A stretch of DNA of 64,000 nt from Anthoceros angustus (lineage: Eukaryota; Plantae; Anthocerotophyta), in assembly GCA_010909165.1 (NCBI GenBank), contig MU008211.1, forward strand, positions 124,001 to 188,000. Direction: 5' to 3'. Both the position numbers and the translations under genes were made by a program. Below the pieces are notes generated by a model. It was not told where the DNA came from and ran no database searches. It was given only the letters and a program-made list of their open reading frames with translations. Each line of letters begins with the position of its first letter. Position 1 is the first letter of the stretch. Shown in pieces: positions 24,301 through 37,300 of the stretch.

Positions 24301-27300
24301 CTCAGCGCCTTTCGCCTCCACTTCCTAGGCTCCCTTCCCGAGCGCCGCTCAAGCTCTCCTTCCTTGAGGAGTCAAATGCCCCATACATGGATCGTGTATG
24401 GCCCTGATGGCGAGGGCTTCTCCCCGAGCTATGCCTCGACTAAACCGGCAAGATAATCCTTCCTCCTCTTCCTCCGCAGCGCATGTGAATACTAACAGAT
24501 TATCACCAAGGTGATCCACCTTGGTGAGTAGGTTCCAATGGACAATGATCCGCCACCTTACTCGACCGTCCAACAGTCGGATATCGCCCAACACAGGTGG
24601 TCCGCCCCTGTGCCTCAGATCACTGTGGGCCCTATCTTCCCTTCGCCTTGAGGGGCCCGCACCACTCCCCTTCTTCCTCCTTGGGCTAGGCCGCCTCGAC
24701 CTCCAAGGTCCATCGCCTTGGTCCTCCCGAGGTTCTTGGACCGCACCTCCTTATTGGCCGAAGATCTTCCGGCGAACTCCTGACCGTGAGTGACACTCAA
24801 ACGTCCGCACCATCCGAACACATCCAAATGCCACTCCCGCACCACCTCCGCCTCGGAGCCAGGCCCAAAGTCCGGATAGCGCGGTCACAATGTTGCGCCC
24901 ACAAGGTTCCATGGCTCCCAAACTTCCGCAGCTTTTGGGTGCCATCGCCTCCCTTGGTCAGAGCTTGTTTGAGACCGCCGCACGTTGCGCTTCCGGTCAC
25001 GCCTCCAACCTCAACGTGAGCCGCCAAGCGACGCCGAGTGTCCCACGAGATACCGCCAGAGAGCCGGATCGGAGCGCAAGAGATCGCGAGAATTGTCTCG
25101 AGGTCACAGAAAATGACCTTCTTCGCCACGCCGGAGTAACGGAGGGCGCCTTCCCCGTCCAGAATCGCCAGAGGTCCGCATGGCTTATTCTCGACGCTTA
25201 CTCCGCCTTACGCCACGCAGACTGCCTACGCCGCAGCGGCGTGAATACCGCTATAACGGCCTGCAAGGTTACCCCGCCACCATGCCTGCCTCCACTGTGG
25301 TCGCCCACGTGGCGCCGCCGGTCCGTCCTCACGCCAACTTCTAAGTTACTTTCGATTTATCCCGCTGTCCTGAGTGGGTCCGGACTTATCCACCGCGCGC
25401 CATAGTAGGTCCGGTACGCTCACTCCGAGTCCGAGTATAGTCCGAGCCCGAGTGCTATCCGTGCTTATTTCCTCCTTTTCGCCTCATTTTATCCTTTCCC
25501 TACAAAAACAAAACCCTAATTTCTAACCCCAAAGTCCGTAGTCCACATACTCCTTCTCACTGCCTCCGCCAACACTAAGCGTGGTACTTTTTCACCCGCC
25601 ACCCGCTCACCCGAGCGCACCACCATCCAACGCCGAACGGACCCATTGTATACAACGACTTGGTAAGGTCCCATCCATCGAGGTGGAGTTTACCCAAAGT
25701 GCATATGTCAGAAAGGAGGGCCGATCTCCTCCTTCACATACTCCCGATTCCTAAGGCATCATGCCATAGTTTGCTGATTCTGCACGCATTGCGCCTCTTC
25801 CCGCCCCTCCGATGTCGACAAACCCTAGCAACGCCTCCAGCTCTCTTCATCCGTTAAGCGCCTTTCCATCATGACCCGGAGGCACCTCAAACTCACCGCA
25901 TAACGGTGAGTGCCCATAGGTAATACGGAGTTCGTTGTTACCTTCTCCGCCGCTCAACGCCCATAGCTATGGCTAGCTTTGTATCCCGCGAGCATAGTTA
26001 ACCGTAAGCTTATTGAGCGCGCGATAAGTCCATTGGTCTTCTCCCAATCTGGCCTTGATTGTAGGGGCCGTTTACGATGTGTGATGCCAAATAGTCCGTC
26101 ATTGCGCTTATCACATCATTGAGGAAATGGGTTCTATCGCTACACAACGGACACTACCTTGTGATGATGTTTTCAGAGGAATTTGGCCACCGTGCTCGCA
26201 GAGTCCGCTTAGTAGCGACCGCCCACCCACCGTGCGAGTCCGCCACCAAGATGTACCGCTTTGTGTGTGCCTCCAGATAGGTCCAACGGGTCGATGCCCC
26301 ACTTCTCAAAAGGCGCTAGTGCTAGTATGGGCACTAACGGCCATTGAGTTGTGGCACGGCTTCCGATCCACAAGCATCACACTTCTTCACAATTGGTGTG
26401 TTTCCCCATACATGGTGGGCCACGACTCAGCCTCCAAGATTTTCTTGGTGGTGACTCACATAATGTCCACCACCTAGTCCTTCGTGCATGCCCTTTATTA
26501 CCACCTCCGTCTCCGCCTGTTGGAGGTACCTTCGTTCCACGCCATCCGGCCCCACCTTAAAGATGCAACTGCTATACAACCAAAGGGCGAGCGAGTGCAC
26601 AAAGGCCGCCACTGGACCCGTTCGCGTTGGTAGCTCCATCTCCCATAGGTACTGCTCCAACTCCATAAGAGGGCCGCCCGGCCCGCCCCTTCTCCGCCCG
26701 CCGTGGGTCCGCTTCCCGCCTTGGGGTTTGTCCTACCTTCTCTCTTCCTCCTCTATCGCCGCCACCAATTCCTCATCCGGAAGGCGCCCTCCTGATCCCG
26801 CAGACAGCTCCTTTAACTGGACAAGAAGTCGCTGGTGTTGCCCCTTGCCTAGTCTCCACCTCAAATGTGAACTCGTAGCAATGTAATCCACCTCGCAATC
26901 CGCCCGGACAAGTCCGCTTTGTTCACCAAATGCTTGAGCGCCAAGTGATCAACATAGAACACAACTCATTGGGCGTAAGGTGTCAATTTCTTAACCAGAT
27001 ACCATTCCCAATGCCTCTCGCCCGTAGTAGTGTACTGCTCAGTGCGTGAGCCGCCGTAGTAGATTGGGTGATCCCTCCGCTTATCATCTTTTGATCGAGC
27101 ACTACTGGCGAAGGCGACACATCCACATACACATGGAATCGCTTCCCCCCCGGTCCTTTGAGTATCGGGCACTGAGTGGTGAGGTCTCTCGCCTCCCTTT
27201 CTCGGGCGTGTGTCCATTCCTCCTCCTTCCCGAGTAGCTCGAGGCCCGCTTTGCAAAATCTTGGATGAAACGCCTATAGTAACCCACCATGCCTGTGAAT

Positions 27301-30300
27301 CGTAACTCCTTCAAGTTCGCGGTGGGGATCGGATGACTTTCACCTTGTCTTGGTCCACCTCTATCCTCTTGACACGCCTGGTCCCAACAAGATTCCCTCC
27401 GCCATCTGCAGTAGCATTTCTGGGATGCACGCTTGAGTCTCCTACATCGCTCCAAACACTTCCGCAATGTCCAACGTGTTTGTCCTCCTCTCCGCACACA
27501 AGTCGCCCAAGAACACCTCCATGAAGTCCTCAGAATTCCTAAGACATTGGTCACCATCCGCATAAATGATCCGGTGCTCTGTCATCCCAAGGCACTTGTA
27601 GTAAACGCCCCCACTCCGTGGTGAATGTTGTCTTATCCCCCCGACTCCCTTAGGTGCAACTGGTTGTAGCCGAGTAGCCAAGAAGGAGTAGGTACTCCCC
27701 GCCACCTTGTCCAAGATGTCGTCCACAAAGGGCATGGGAAATGGTCCTTCCGTGGCGGCAGCTTTCCGCCCCCGATGCACAATCCCCGCTTCTTGGCACG
27801 ACAACAATGGGCGCCACCCACTCATGCTCACGATTGGGAAGATGATGTCCGCTCCGATACTTATCCAGACTTCCTTGACCTTGAGCGAGTGCTTGGGATT
27901 CATACCGAATCCGAACAGCACCGCCTCGGCTTCAGATCTATCCGGTTCGCCCCATCGCTTTGAATGCCTTCATGTCCGTGACCTTGAAAGCGAACACCTC
28001 ACTGAATTCCCCAACAAGTGAGGTCTTGTTTAACTCGCATACCCTTGGAATTTTAGGAATTTCCGGCGAACCTCCACATCTTCCACATCGCCGATTGACC
28101 GCCTCTTTCCTCGCCGCTCACCACGCCCAAGCCATCATCCTCACCCGGTTCATCTTCACGCATTCCCCACTCGAAGAGTTCGTCCGAGGTGAACGTTACT
28201 TTTCCTCCTCATCCCTGGGTTCCCCGCCTTTGTCGTCCTCCGACTTCCACTTAAGCAATCGATCACCTCCGCCTCCAAAGGTGTCCCTCCGATAGTCCAT
28301 CTTCTTGGACCACGATTTTGGGAAAGGGTAGTCCTCATTCGTATCCTCGCGCTCATCGCCCCCACTGCCTCTGGCGGAGGTGTACCCTCGTGGTGCTTAC
28401 CCACCAAGATGTGTCCTTACTCCGTAATCGCTACCGTCCTTCCCTCACCTTCTGATCCCACCCACGGCTTGAAGTGTATTTCCTTCCGTCCAAGTGTAGT
28501 TTTGTCTCGAGCGAGGCTCAGCCAAGGCCGCCTAACAGACCTCACCCCGAGGTCCGGGTCCGATGACGAAAATCTAATGTATAGGGGCTCCGCTATGGTG
28601 GCTTGACTCGGACAACCTCCGGGCGCCGCGACATGTCCGCCATCCCGAGGGTTTTGGTGGATGGCTCAAGGTGGTGAACCCCACCTGCCTTGCGGGCCTC
28701 GATGAGGTTCACTCGACCCCGTGTCAGAGGCACGCTTTTAATTACACACCCGCAATTTCCACCGCACCCACCGGGCGCCTGTGGTCCGTATGAGATACTA
28801 CCCTTACCTCCACGTTCTGCCCTTCCGCCCAAGGAGTTCCCGGGTTGCGCTCTGATGGCCTTCCCGACTTCCGATACTGGGTTGTCTTTAACCGCCTAAG
28901 GGACACCAAGTGTTGTTGGTCCATCATCAAGTCGGCCACCTTGAAAGGGCCGGGTGGTTCTCCGCGCCACGCGTCGCTTGACTCCTTCCGGCCACCGCCT
29001 CTGGTGGTCGGACCACGGGTCCCGCGAGTTCTTCTCAAGCATCTCCGGCCACTTCTGACCACATCCGAAATGCGGCGGTTTGGTGAGTCCGCTTCTCCGA
29101 CATCGGCTTTTGGTTGGTCTTCTTCCGCAGCCGGTTTAACTCCTCTTGGCGGGTTCGGCCTCCTTCCAGTGTGTTCCGTCCTCCGTATCCGGGACTATCC
29201 CCATTTTTCTTCCTCTTAAACTGTCTCCTTTCCTTCGCCTCCTTTCGGCGGTTGACACTTCCAAGACTCCAGTCCGCCTTCCTCCTTAGCGAACTTCTAC
29301 CCTCAAGCTCCTGCCTCCCACTCCGCCACAGGCCTTCAATTTGTAGCACGGGCGCTTTAGGGAGGGAGGCGTGGTCGCGGCTCCCGGGTGGCGAGCGCAC
29401 TGCCCCTCGAGCGAGGATTCGGACACAAGGTACCGCCCGCCATGTGCCCGCCCGCCATCTCCACACAGCGCTCAAAGTCCCGCTGCCTTGCCGAGTGGGG
29501 TATGGGCACGCATTGGAGTAGTGCCCGGGTTCCCATAGCCCACAGACCACCGCCCGAGAATCGGAGGGGCTCCCATGCGTCTGACGGAGGTCGATGCACG
29601 GACCACCGCCGGGGTACATCGTCTGGATACCGTGGTCCCTTTGCACTTGGTATGCCTCCCACCTGCCCCTGACTCTTCCCGTAGTCATACTCCACCGGTT
29701 CACGGGTCCGAGGGGCGCCGAATGCCCATGTTGGTGACACACCGCACACCACATGAGTACGGACCGTGGTGGCCGCCTTACGCCGTTCTTATCCTTCACC
29801 GGTTGATCGTCAACTCCTCCACCCTCTTCATTACCCGTTCTAGATCTTCCCTCACCCGCTACTTCCTTCAAAGGAGCTGGGTCGGGACCTCTCGCACGTG
29901 CTGCATCATGACCTCCTTCTTTTCCACCTCACCGACTACGGGCTTCTTCTTCTTTATTTTGCGGGTTCTTCTTCTTCCATGACATCTCCTGGATTCTTCT
30001 GAGTCCTCTTCCTCTCCTCCGATGCCTCGGTCTCATCATCCTCCTCGTCCGAGGGTTCTTCATCTCGGAGTCCGACCCCGCTTCTTCTTTTCTTCTTTCC
30101 TCGGAGGAGTCCTCGCCGTTGGTGCATCGATTCTTCATAGTTCTCCGCCCGGACCGCCTTGCTCACATCTTTCGCCAACAAAGAAGACGTGCTTAGCCAT
30201 TGGCTTGGATAAGCCACCGAACCAACGCGCTGCATGGTAGTGTGAGGGGTGCCGTCCCGCAGCGTAGAACCGCTCGATGTACGATCCCAACTTCTCCGCC

Positions 30301-31660
30301 TTTCCCTCGTGTTCTCGAGTTTGGACAAGACGTAGTTCTTGATCGATTCCGGAATCTTTCTAAGAAGGCATCCTTCAATGCTCAAGGTTGCGGGGTGCGC
30401 TCGAGGCGCATTTCCTCGATACCACCGAGTCAGTCAAGGACCCTTGGAACATGAATGAGTCAGCGATCCGAACCTTCTCCGTTGAAGTTTGCCCGAGACA
30501 CAAATCCTCCACGAAGGTTTCCCTCTCCTTCTTACCTCCAAAGAGAGAATACGCTTGCTTGGTCGACGTTGTTGCCATCGGGATCGGCAAGGGATGAGGA
30601 ACCGCCTCTTACCACCGCCGACTCGGCCTCCTCTCGATCCGACAACCCACCACGCCACACCGTGCCCTCGCCGAGCTCGTTGCCTCACGTGCTCGGCCGA
30701 GCGCCGGGCACAACGTCCGACTCTCGAATCCCTTAACTACCTCACGCCCCTCCACGCATCCACGCTAACGATTTCATTCCCCAACGGCGCCAAAATGTGG
30801 CGCGACTTTACCGATGGCTACCCCGCCAAGACAATCCCGTCGCTGTAGGAAGGAGTCCGCTGGGGAATGATAGTTGCGCTGCTTCAGCGATTCTCGCCTT
30901 ACTTTGCTCCGCTCACCCCAACGCAACCTAGTTCACGCCTAACTACGCTCAAACACCGCACAGCGGTATGGCTAAACGCTTAAGGACCTGTCGGCGTCGC
31001 TCACGCTCGCCTCTCACACCTCTCGCCCGCTCCTCTCCACACTACACTTATCGCCTTAGGAAAGACGCTGGTTACAGCCGACCTCCTCCGCTCTCTCCGG
31101 CCTCCGTCCGGCTCAGACGCCTCCCGAGTCCTCCGGCTCACTGCCCGGCCGCTCACACCGCGGCTCGACGAGCACGGTCCCCACCCTTCCGCACACACCA
31201 CAACACGTTAGGTCCGCCACCAGACCGATCAATCTCCCGAGCTGCCGGGCCGGACTCAGACTCACGCGTTAGCAAGAAGACACAAAGGTCCGCAAGAACG
31301 CCAGATCAACACCAAGAGAAAGATGATTTATTCGGCCCTTTCTCTTATACTACGCCCAAGGTCGGCGCTTTATTACACCTCTATTCTCGAGCCGATGGCG
31401 CCCAAGATGCCCTAATCGCCGCCACCATCCTATTCCCTCCCTATCTCCTTCACCGCTGTGGGAAGGTCCCGAGTTCCGCCTTTTGGGATTGGTGGTCCAA
31501 TCTCCTGCCCCTGGCAGCCATGCAATCTAACGGATGATCCACGAGGGACCCTCCTCTCCCGGAACTCGTCGAAGACGCATGTCTGACGACCGCCACTACA
31601 CGAGGATCCTCCTCGGCCTCCCCATGGGTCCTCCTGGCCACTGGCCATCCGCCCTGCTAC
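21310..31660 (-). mobile_element. Ty3/gypsy (Athila/Tat-like, non-chromovirus) retrotransposon B with two LTRs
   Basis: Homologous LTRs at ~21310-22134 and ~30796-31660. PBS TGGCGCCGTTGGGGAA at 30792-30777. Gag with CCHC-like knuckles (29400-29800), protease DTG (~28750), RT FPMPFVDDILDKVAG..YSFL (27200-27950), RNase H DHPIYY..YTTT.ERE, integrase GMHEGLGGGHY / APFEKWGID, and a GPY motif near 25660. Heavily frameshifted; no TSD found. Confidence 0.85.
30777..30792 (-). promoter_or_regulatory. Primer-binding site of element B (tRNA-Asp-like)
   Basis: TGGCGCCGTTG sits 3 nt inside the LTR end and matches the first 11 nt of the Athila-type PBS TGGCGCCGTTGCCGGGGA. Confidence 0.65.
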
Positions 31661-34330
31661 CGAGCTAAAAGACAAAGGAAAGGAAGGGCAGCGGGTGGGA
31701 CCACGACTGTAGTGGAAGGGACTCTGAGAGGCCGGAAGCAAGAATCGAGGTAGCCAAACACTGTGGTCCGAGATTTACCTGGTCGGAGTCCACTACCGCG
31801 AGGTGGGAAGCCGCCACCACATTGGCGCACTCCACTCAAGCTACCAAGAGGAGCGACAGACGCGACGCTCACCCGGGCAAGGACATGGACCAGAACTGTG
31901 TGTAGCTACGGGAGGTAAGCACCAACAGGCCAGGAGGTCCTATGTTGCGGCACATGGATGAGGAAACTTATGTTCTGGTCACATGAATGGGGAATGCGTT
32001 AGCTTCACCGCCCATGTGGGAAATAAGGGGGATCTGTGGCCTACCTCGCAAGTGAGGACCAAGTGGGATACTTCTACCACCGCCTCCCGAGTATGGGAGT
32101 TGGCCCCTATTGCGGGAGGCGACTTTGGAGGAGTTAAGGAGGAGGAGGTCCAGTTTGGGTGGAGAGGAACCGTAATAATCCTCAACAGTGGCAAGCGCAA
32201 GACGCTGAAGTCAGGCAGTACACCTCAAATTAGGACGTCCAAAGTGGCAGTGAGGTGGAAGTATTGGGAAAACCTGCTGCCGGAGGAGGCTCGTGGCGGC
32301 GTCAGATAAAGGCCAGTGCCAAGTCAGGGAGGGCACGCAGATAGCGGGCAGACAGTGGATAGCATCCTAAGGATAGATTTGGTTAGATGCCGAGATCGAC
32401 CTAGAACGCTCCGAATTGGCTGGCCCTTCATGATAGCCATCTTAGACCTAAAAACTGGGGCATGGCGCCCAAATGTAAGAGAGGCGACTATGCCTCTCAG
32501 AGCACTTCCGTTGAGATCCCCACGCTGGGGTCGAGTTGGAGACGCCCAATTAATCTGAGGCGGGGTGCGACGCCCTAGGAATGGTCGAGAGCCCGCTCCG
32601 TGGAGGAGAAGGATCTGGCTCCGACAAAGGGGAGGGAACAGGATTGGCGCGGGCGGGTCTCGAGCTTGCCGTAACGTCAGGACGCCTGGGCTCTTCTCCC
32701 TTCGCCTTTTCTCGCTAGCCCAATTGAGGGTCCGTGGTGAGTGAGTGGATGCCCGGGCGAATCGAGAGAGAGAGGAGGAGTGAGCAGATTGGGAAGGAGA
32801 GATTAAGTATTGTACACGATGCGAGAAAAGGAATAGTGAGTGGGAAAGAAAGAGAAGAACGAGGAGAAGTACTCGGAATTGGTGTGTAAGAATCGCGAAT
32901 TGAGCCGGGCTTGAAGGAAGATGGGGAACGGTGGTTCCCGGAGGAAATAAGGGACGTGGTGGCGCCTGTGTGTGTGTGCATGTGCGGATTGAGGTAGGAG
33001 GCCTAGGGAATCCTGCGTCGTGAATCGGGTGGCGGGTCCTGGGGCGGGGAATAACATCCGACACGGGTGGGGACAACCCCGCACTAAAGATACGCGCGCC
33101 GTGAGCCGAATACCGCTAGGGTTTGGTGGGACCCACTGGTGGTCGCCCACCACCGCAGTATCATCATGTAGTAGAACGGAACGAGGTGGGAGTTAGATCC
33201 GTGGTAGTTGGAAAAGGCGGACAGTAGTTGAGTAGATAGGAGAGAGGTGGTAGTGTGTAAGCCCGACTTAGGCAAAGGTCGTGAGTGATAGAAGATAGCG
33301 CCTCTTGGCACAAACCATTCCCTTGGGAGCGAATCCTGTGACTACAACGCACATTGAGGGTGACCGCCCGTGTCTCAGACACGAGTTTAGACCCCACACC
33401 TTCACCGCGAGCACATTTCAGACTTTGGGTCATAGCTCCACCGCTTTTCCAGAACCCAAGTCTAAGCGCCTCACCAATTCCTCCAGGACCTCCAAATGTA
33501 CATATTTGGCCATTGGGCTGCCGAATTTCCTGACCTTGGCATGCTCGCAGAACCTCACCGCCTGTGGTGCCTCAATTGCGATAGCTCGCTCTCAGAATCT
33601 CCAACTTGGCCGGCCCCGGGTTCCTACCTCCACAGCCTCGCGAGCTCTCCGCCGCCATCAGGGCCTGCCCTTCACTGCCTCATGCCGAGCTTGTGCCCTG
33701 TCAGAATTGTCCGGACTGTCACCCGTGCTCGTGCCTTTCCGAGTTCCCTTAGGGTTATATTTTCCCGAAAACTCTTCGACCGCCAACCGGCCTGGCCACC
33801 ACTTCTTCCTCCAAGACCGCCTCCCGCTCTTCTTCCACCTTGGAACATAGCTACCGCACTTTACCAATGACCACACACCACCAACTTCAACTCTGGCTGG
33901 TTCGACCACCAGCCTACATGGACTGACTACCTCGCCAATATGAGGACCCCTCCCCCATATATAGGCCTTTTATTAAATATTCCAAGACCAAAGGCCAAGG
34001 AGTATCGAGTTCATAGTCCAAGGACCGATTATTATTATTTAACCCAGAAAACAACCCCAAAACTCATAGGCCAAGGACACTTTCTACTATAAATATCCCT
34101 TCCTACTGACAACCTAGCTCTTCTTGACACCAAACTTAACAAAAAAAAACAAAAAATCACTCAAAGACACAATCCAACAGGGAGTTTCCAATACTAGATC
34201 GTTTACACCGTGATCGTGATGTACATGTGGGTCCGTGAACACATGATTAGATCACATAACACCATTGTGGTAGGGTAGTATTAGATGCCTATGACCGCTA
34301 TGCGGCTATGGCGCTACGCCACCCCAGCAG
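31660..34330. other. Unassigned, probably retroelement-derived spacer between B and C
   Basis: GC-rich with purine-rich tracts, a 250-aa minus-strand ORF without recognisable domain, and TATA-like TATATAGG near 33957. No homology resolved by eye. Confidence 0.25.
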
Positions 34331-37300
34331 GGGAGCCACGACCGCCTACGCCTCCCCTCCCTAAGGCTGCGCCAGTGCTACAGATTGAAGACGCACATGG
34401 CGGAGTGGGAAGAGGCGCCGAGGGAGCTTGGGACGAAGTGGTACGAAGCAAGTTCGGCTAAGGAGGAGAAGGCGGACCTGGAGGTACTGGAAGTGTCAAC
34501 CCGAAGCCGCCGAAAGGAGCGAAAGGAAAGGAGACAGTTTAAGAGGAAGAAAAATGGGGATAGCCCACGGATACGGAGGACGGAACACCTGCGAAGGAGG
34601 CCGAACCCGCCAAGGAGGACGAAGTTAACGGCAGCTCGCCAAGAAGACCCAAAACCCCGGAATGTCGAGAAGCGGACTCACCCAAGGCAACACCAGCTTC
34701 CACCGGATGTGGTCCGAGAAGTGACCGAGATGCTTCAGAAGAACTCCGAGACCTGAGTGGTCCGACCACCATGTGGCAGCAAAGCCGGCGACGCGTGACG
34801 CAAGGAGCCACCCGCCTTTCAAGGTGGCCGACTTGATGATGGACCAACAACACTTGGTGTCCCTTAGGCGCTTGTTAAAAGACAACCCGTATCGGCTGTG
34901 AAGTCCGGGCCATCGTGAGACGCAACCAGAACTCCTTGGTCCCAAGGGCAAGAACGTGGAGGTAAGGGTCGATCTCATACGGACCCCGGGCGCCAGTGGT
35001 TCGTGGAAATTGCGGGTGTGTAATTAAAACGTGCTCGACACGGGTCGGAGGAACCTCATCACCGAGGCCACCGCAAGACGGGGTTCACCACCTTCGAGCC
35101 ATCCACCAAAACCCTCGTGGATGGATATGTCGCGAGCGCCAGGGGAGTTGTCCCGAGTCCAAGCCACCATAGCGGAGCATACATTAGATTTCGCCATCGA
35201 CCCGACCTCCGGGGTATGAGGTCCTGCTAGGGGCCTTCGGCCTCGCTGACAAAACTACACTTCTAAGGAAGGAAATACACTTCAAGCCGGACCGGGATCC
35301 AAGGTGAGGGAAGGACGTAGCGACACTGAGTAAGGACATAATCGTGGTGAAACCAAGCACCACAGTAGGGGTACACCTCACCAAGACAAGGGGACGATGA
35401 GCGAGGATACGAATGAGGACTACCTTTCCAAAAATCACGTGGTCCAAGAAGAAATGGACTACCTGAGGGACACTTTTGGAGCAGAGGTGATCATAAGTGG
35501 AAGTCGGAGGACAACAAAAGGCAACCCACCGGATGAGGAGGACCGAAGTAACCCGTTCACCGCATTTAACTCTTCCGAGATGTGGGAATGCGTGAAGATG
35601 AACCGCTGGTAGAGGATGATGGCTTTGGGCGAGGAAGGCGAGGGAAAGAGAGACGCCAATCCCGACGATGTGGAAGACGTGGAGGTTCGCCAGGAAATTC
35701 CTAAAATTCGCAAGGGTATGCCATCGAGTTAAACAAGACCTCACCTTGTTGGGGAATTCAATGAGGTGTTCGCAAGGTCACGGACATGAAGGGCATTCAA
35801 ACAAGGCTAACACCGGATAGATTCGCTGAGCGGTGCCTGCTCGATTAGGCAAGATAAATCAATCCCAAGCACTCGCCAAGGTCAAGGAAGTCCCGGATAA
35901 GTATCCGAAGCGACATCATCTTCCCAATCGTGAACAGTGGGTGGCGCCATTGTCGTGTCAAGAAAAAAGAAGGGCAGATTCGGTCACAGATGGAGAAAGC
36001 TTAACGCCGCCACGAAGGACCATTTCCCATGCCCTTTGTGGACTACATAATCGACAAGGTGGTGATCGAGTACCTACTCCTTCTTGACGGCTACTCGCCA
36101 CAACCAACCGCACCTAAGGGAGTCTGACGATAAGACAACATTCACCACGGAGTGGGGGACGCTTGCCTACAAACGGAGTGCCTTCGGATGACAGAGCACC
36201 CGGATCATTTATGCGGATGGTGACCAACGCTTCCCGGAATTCCGAGGGACTTCATGGAGGTGTTCTGGACGACTGTGCACGAGAGAGGAGGACAAACACG
36301 CTGGACATTTGCGAAGTGTTTGGAACGATGTAGGAGACTCAATCAGGCTCGCATCCCGAGAAATGCTACTCGCATGACAGAGGGAATCTTGTTGGGGCAC
36401 CGAGTGTCGGCAAGAGGGATAGAGGTGGACCAAGACAAGGTGAAAGTCATCCACCGCACCGCACCAACGAACTTGAAGGAGTTACGGGATTCCGGGCATG
36501 GTGGGTTACTATAGGCGCTTCATCCAAGATTTTGCAAAGAGGGCCTGCTAACAGAGCTACTCAGAAGGAGGAGGAATGGACCCGGACGCCGTAAAGGGAG
36601 GCGGCATTCGAGACCTGCACACCACTCATCGGCCCCGATCAAAGGACCGGACCGGGAAGCGATTCCATGTGTACGTGGATGTGTCACCGCCATCGAGTAG
36701 TGCTCACCAAAAGATGATAAACGAGGGATCACCCAATCTACTACTACTGGAAGACAGCCACGACGAACGGAGGTACACTACTACGGAGCGAGAGGCATTA
36801 GGAATGGTATACTGCTAAGAAATTCACCACCTACCCAATGAGTTTGTGTTCTATGTTGATCACTACGCCAAGCACTTTGGTGAACAAGGCACTTGTCCTG
36901 GACGAATTGCGAGGTGGATTCTGCTGCTGTGGAGTTCACATTTGAGGTGGAGACTAGGCAAGGGCGGCAACACCAAAACGACTCTTGTCCAGATTAAGAC
37001 GGAGCCTCCCCGCAGATCGAGGACGCCTTCCTGATGAGGAATTGGTGGCGCGATAGAGGAGGAGAGGAGCACGACAAACCCTAAGCGGGAATGCGGACCC
37101 ACGGAGGGGAGCGACGGGGCGCCCTCTGCGCGGAGTTGGAACGGTACCTATGGGAGATGGAGCTACCAAAACGAATCGAACCGGGCCCAGCCTTTGTGCA
37201 CTACGCCGCCTTTCTTGTATAACTGCATCTTTAAGGTGACGGCGGAACGAAGGTACTCCAACAAAGTGAGACGGAGGTGGTAATAAAGGGATGCACGAAG

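Noticed and set aside
21310-31660. High LTR-LTR divergence as proof that element B is ancient
   Set aside because: Indel noise in repeats makes divergence uninterpretable, and without a TSD the two LTRs may not belong to one insertion.
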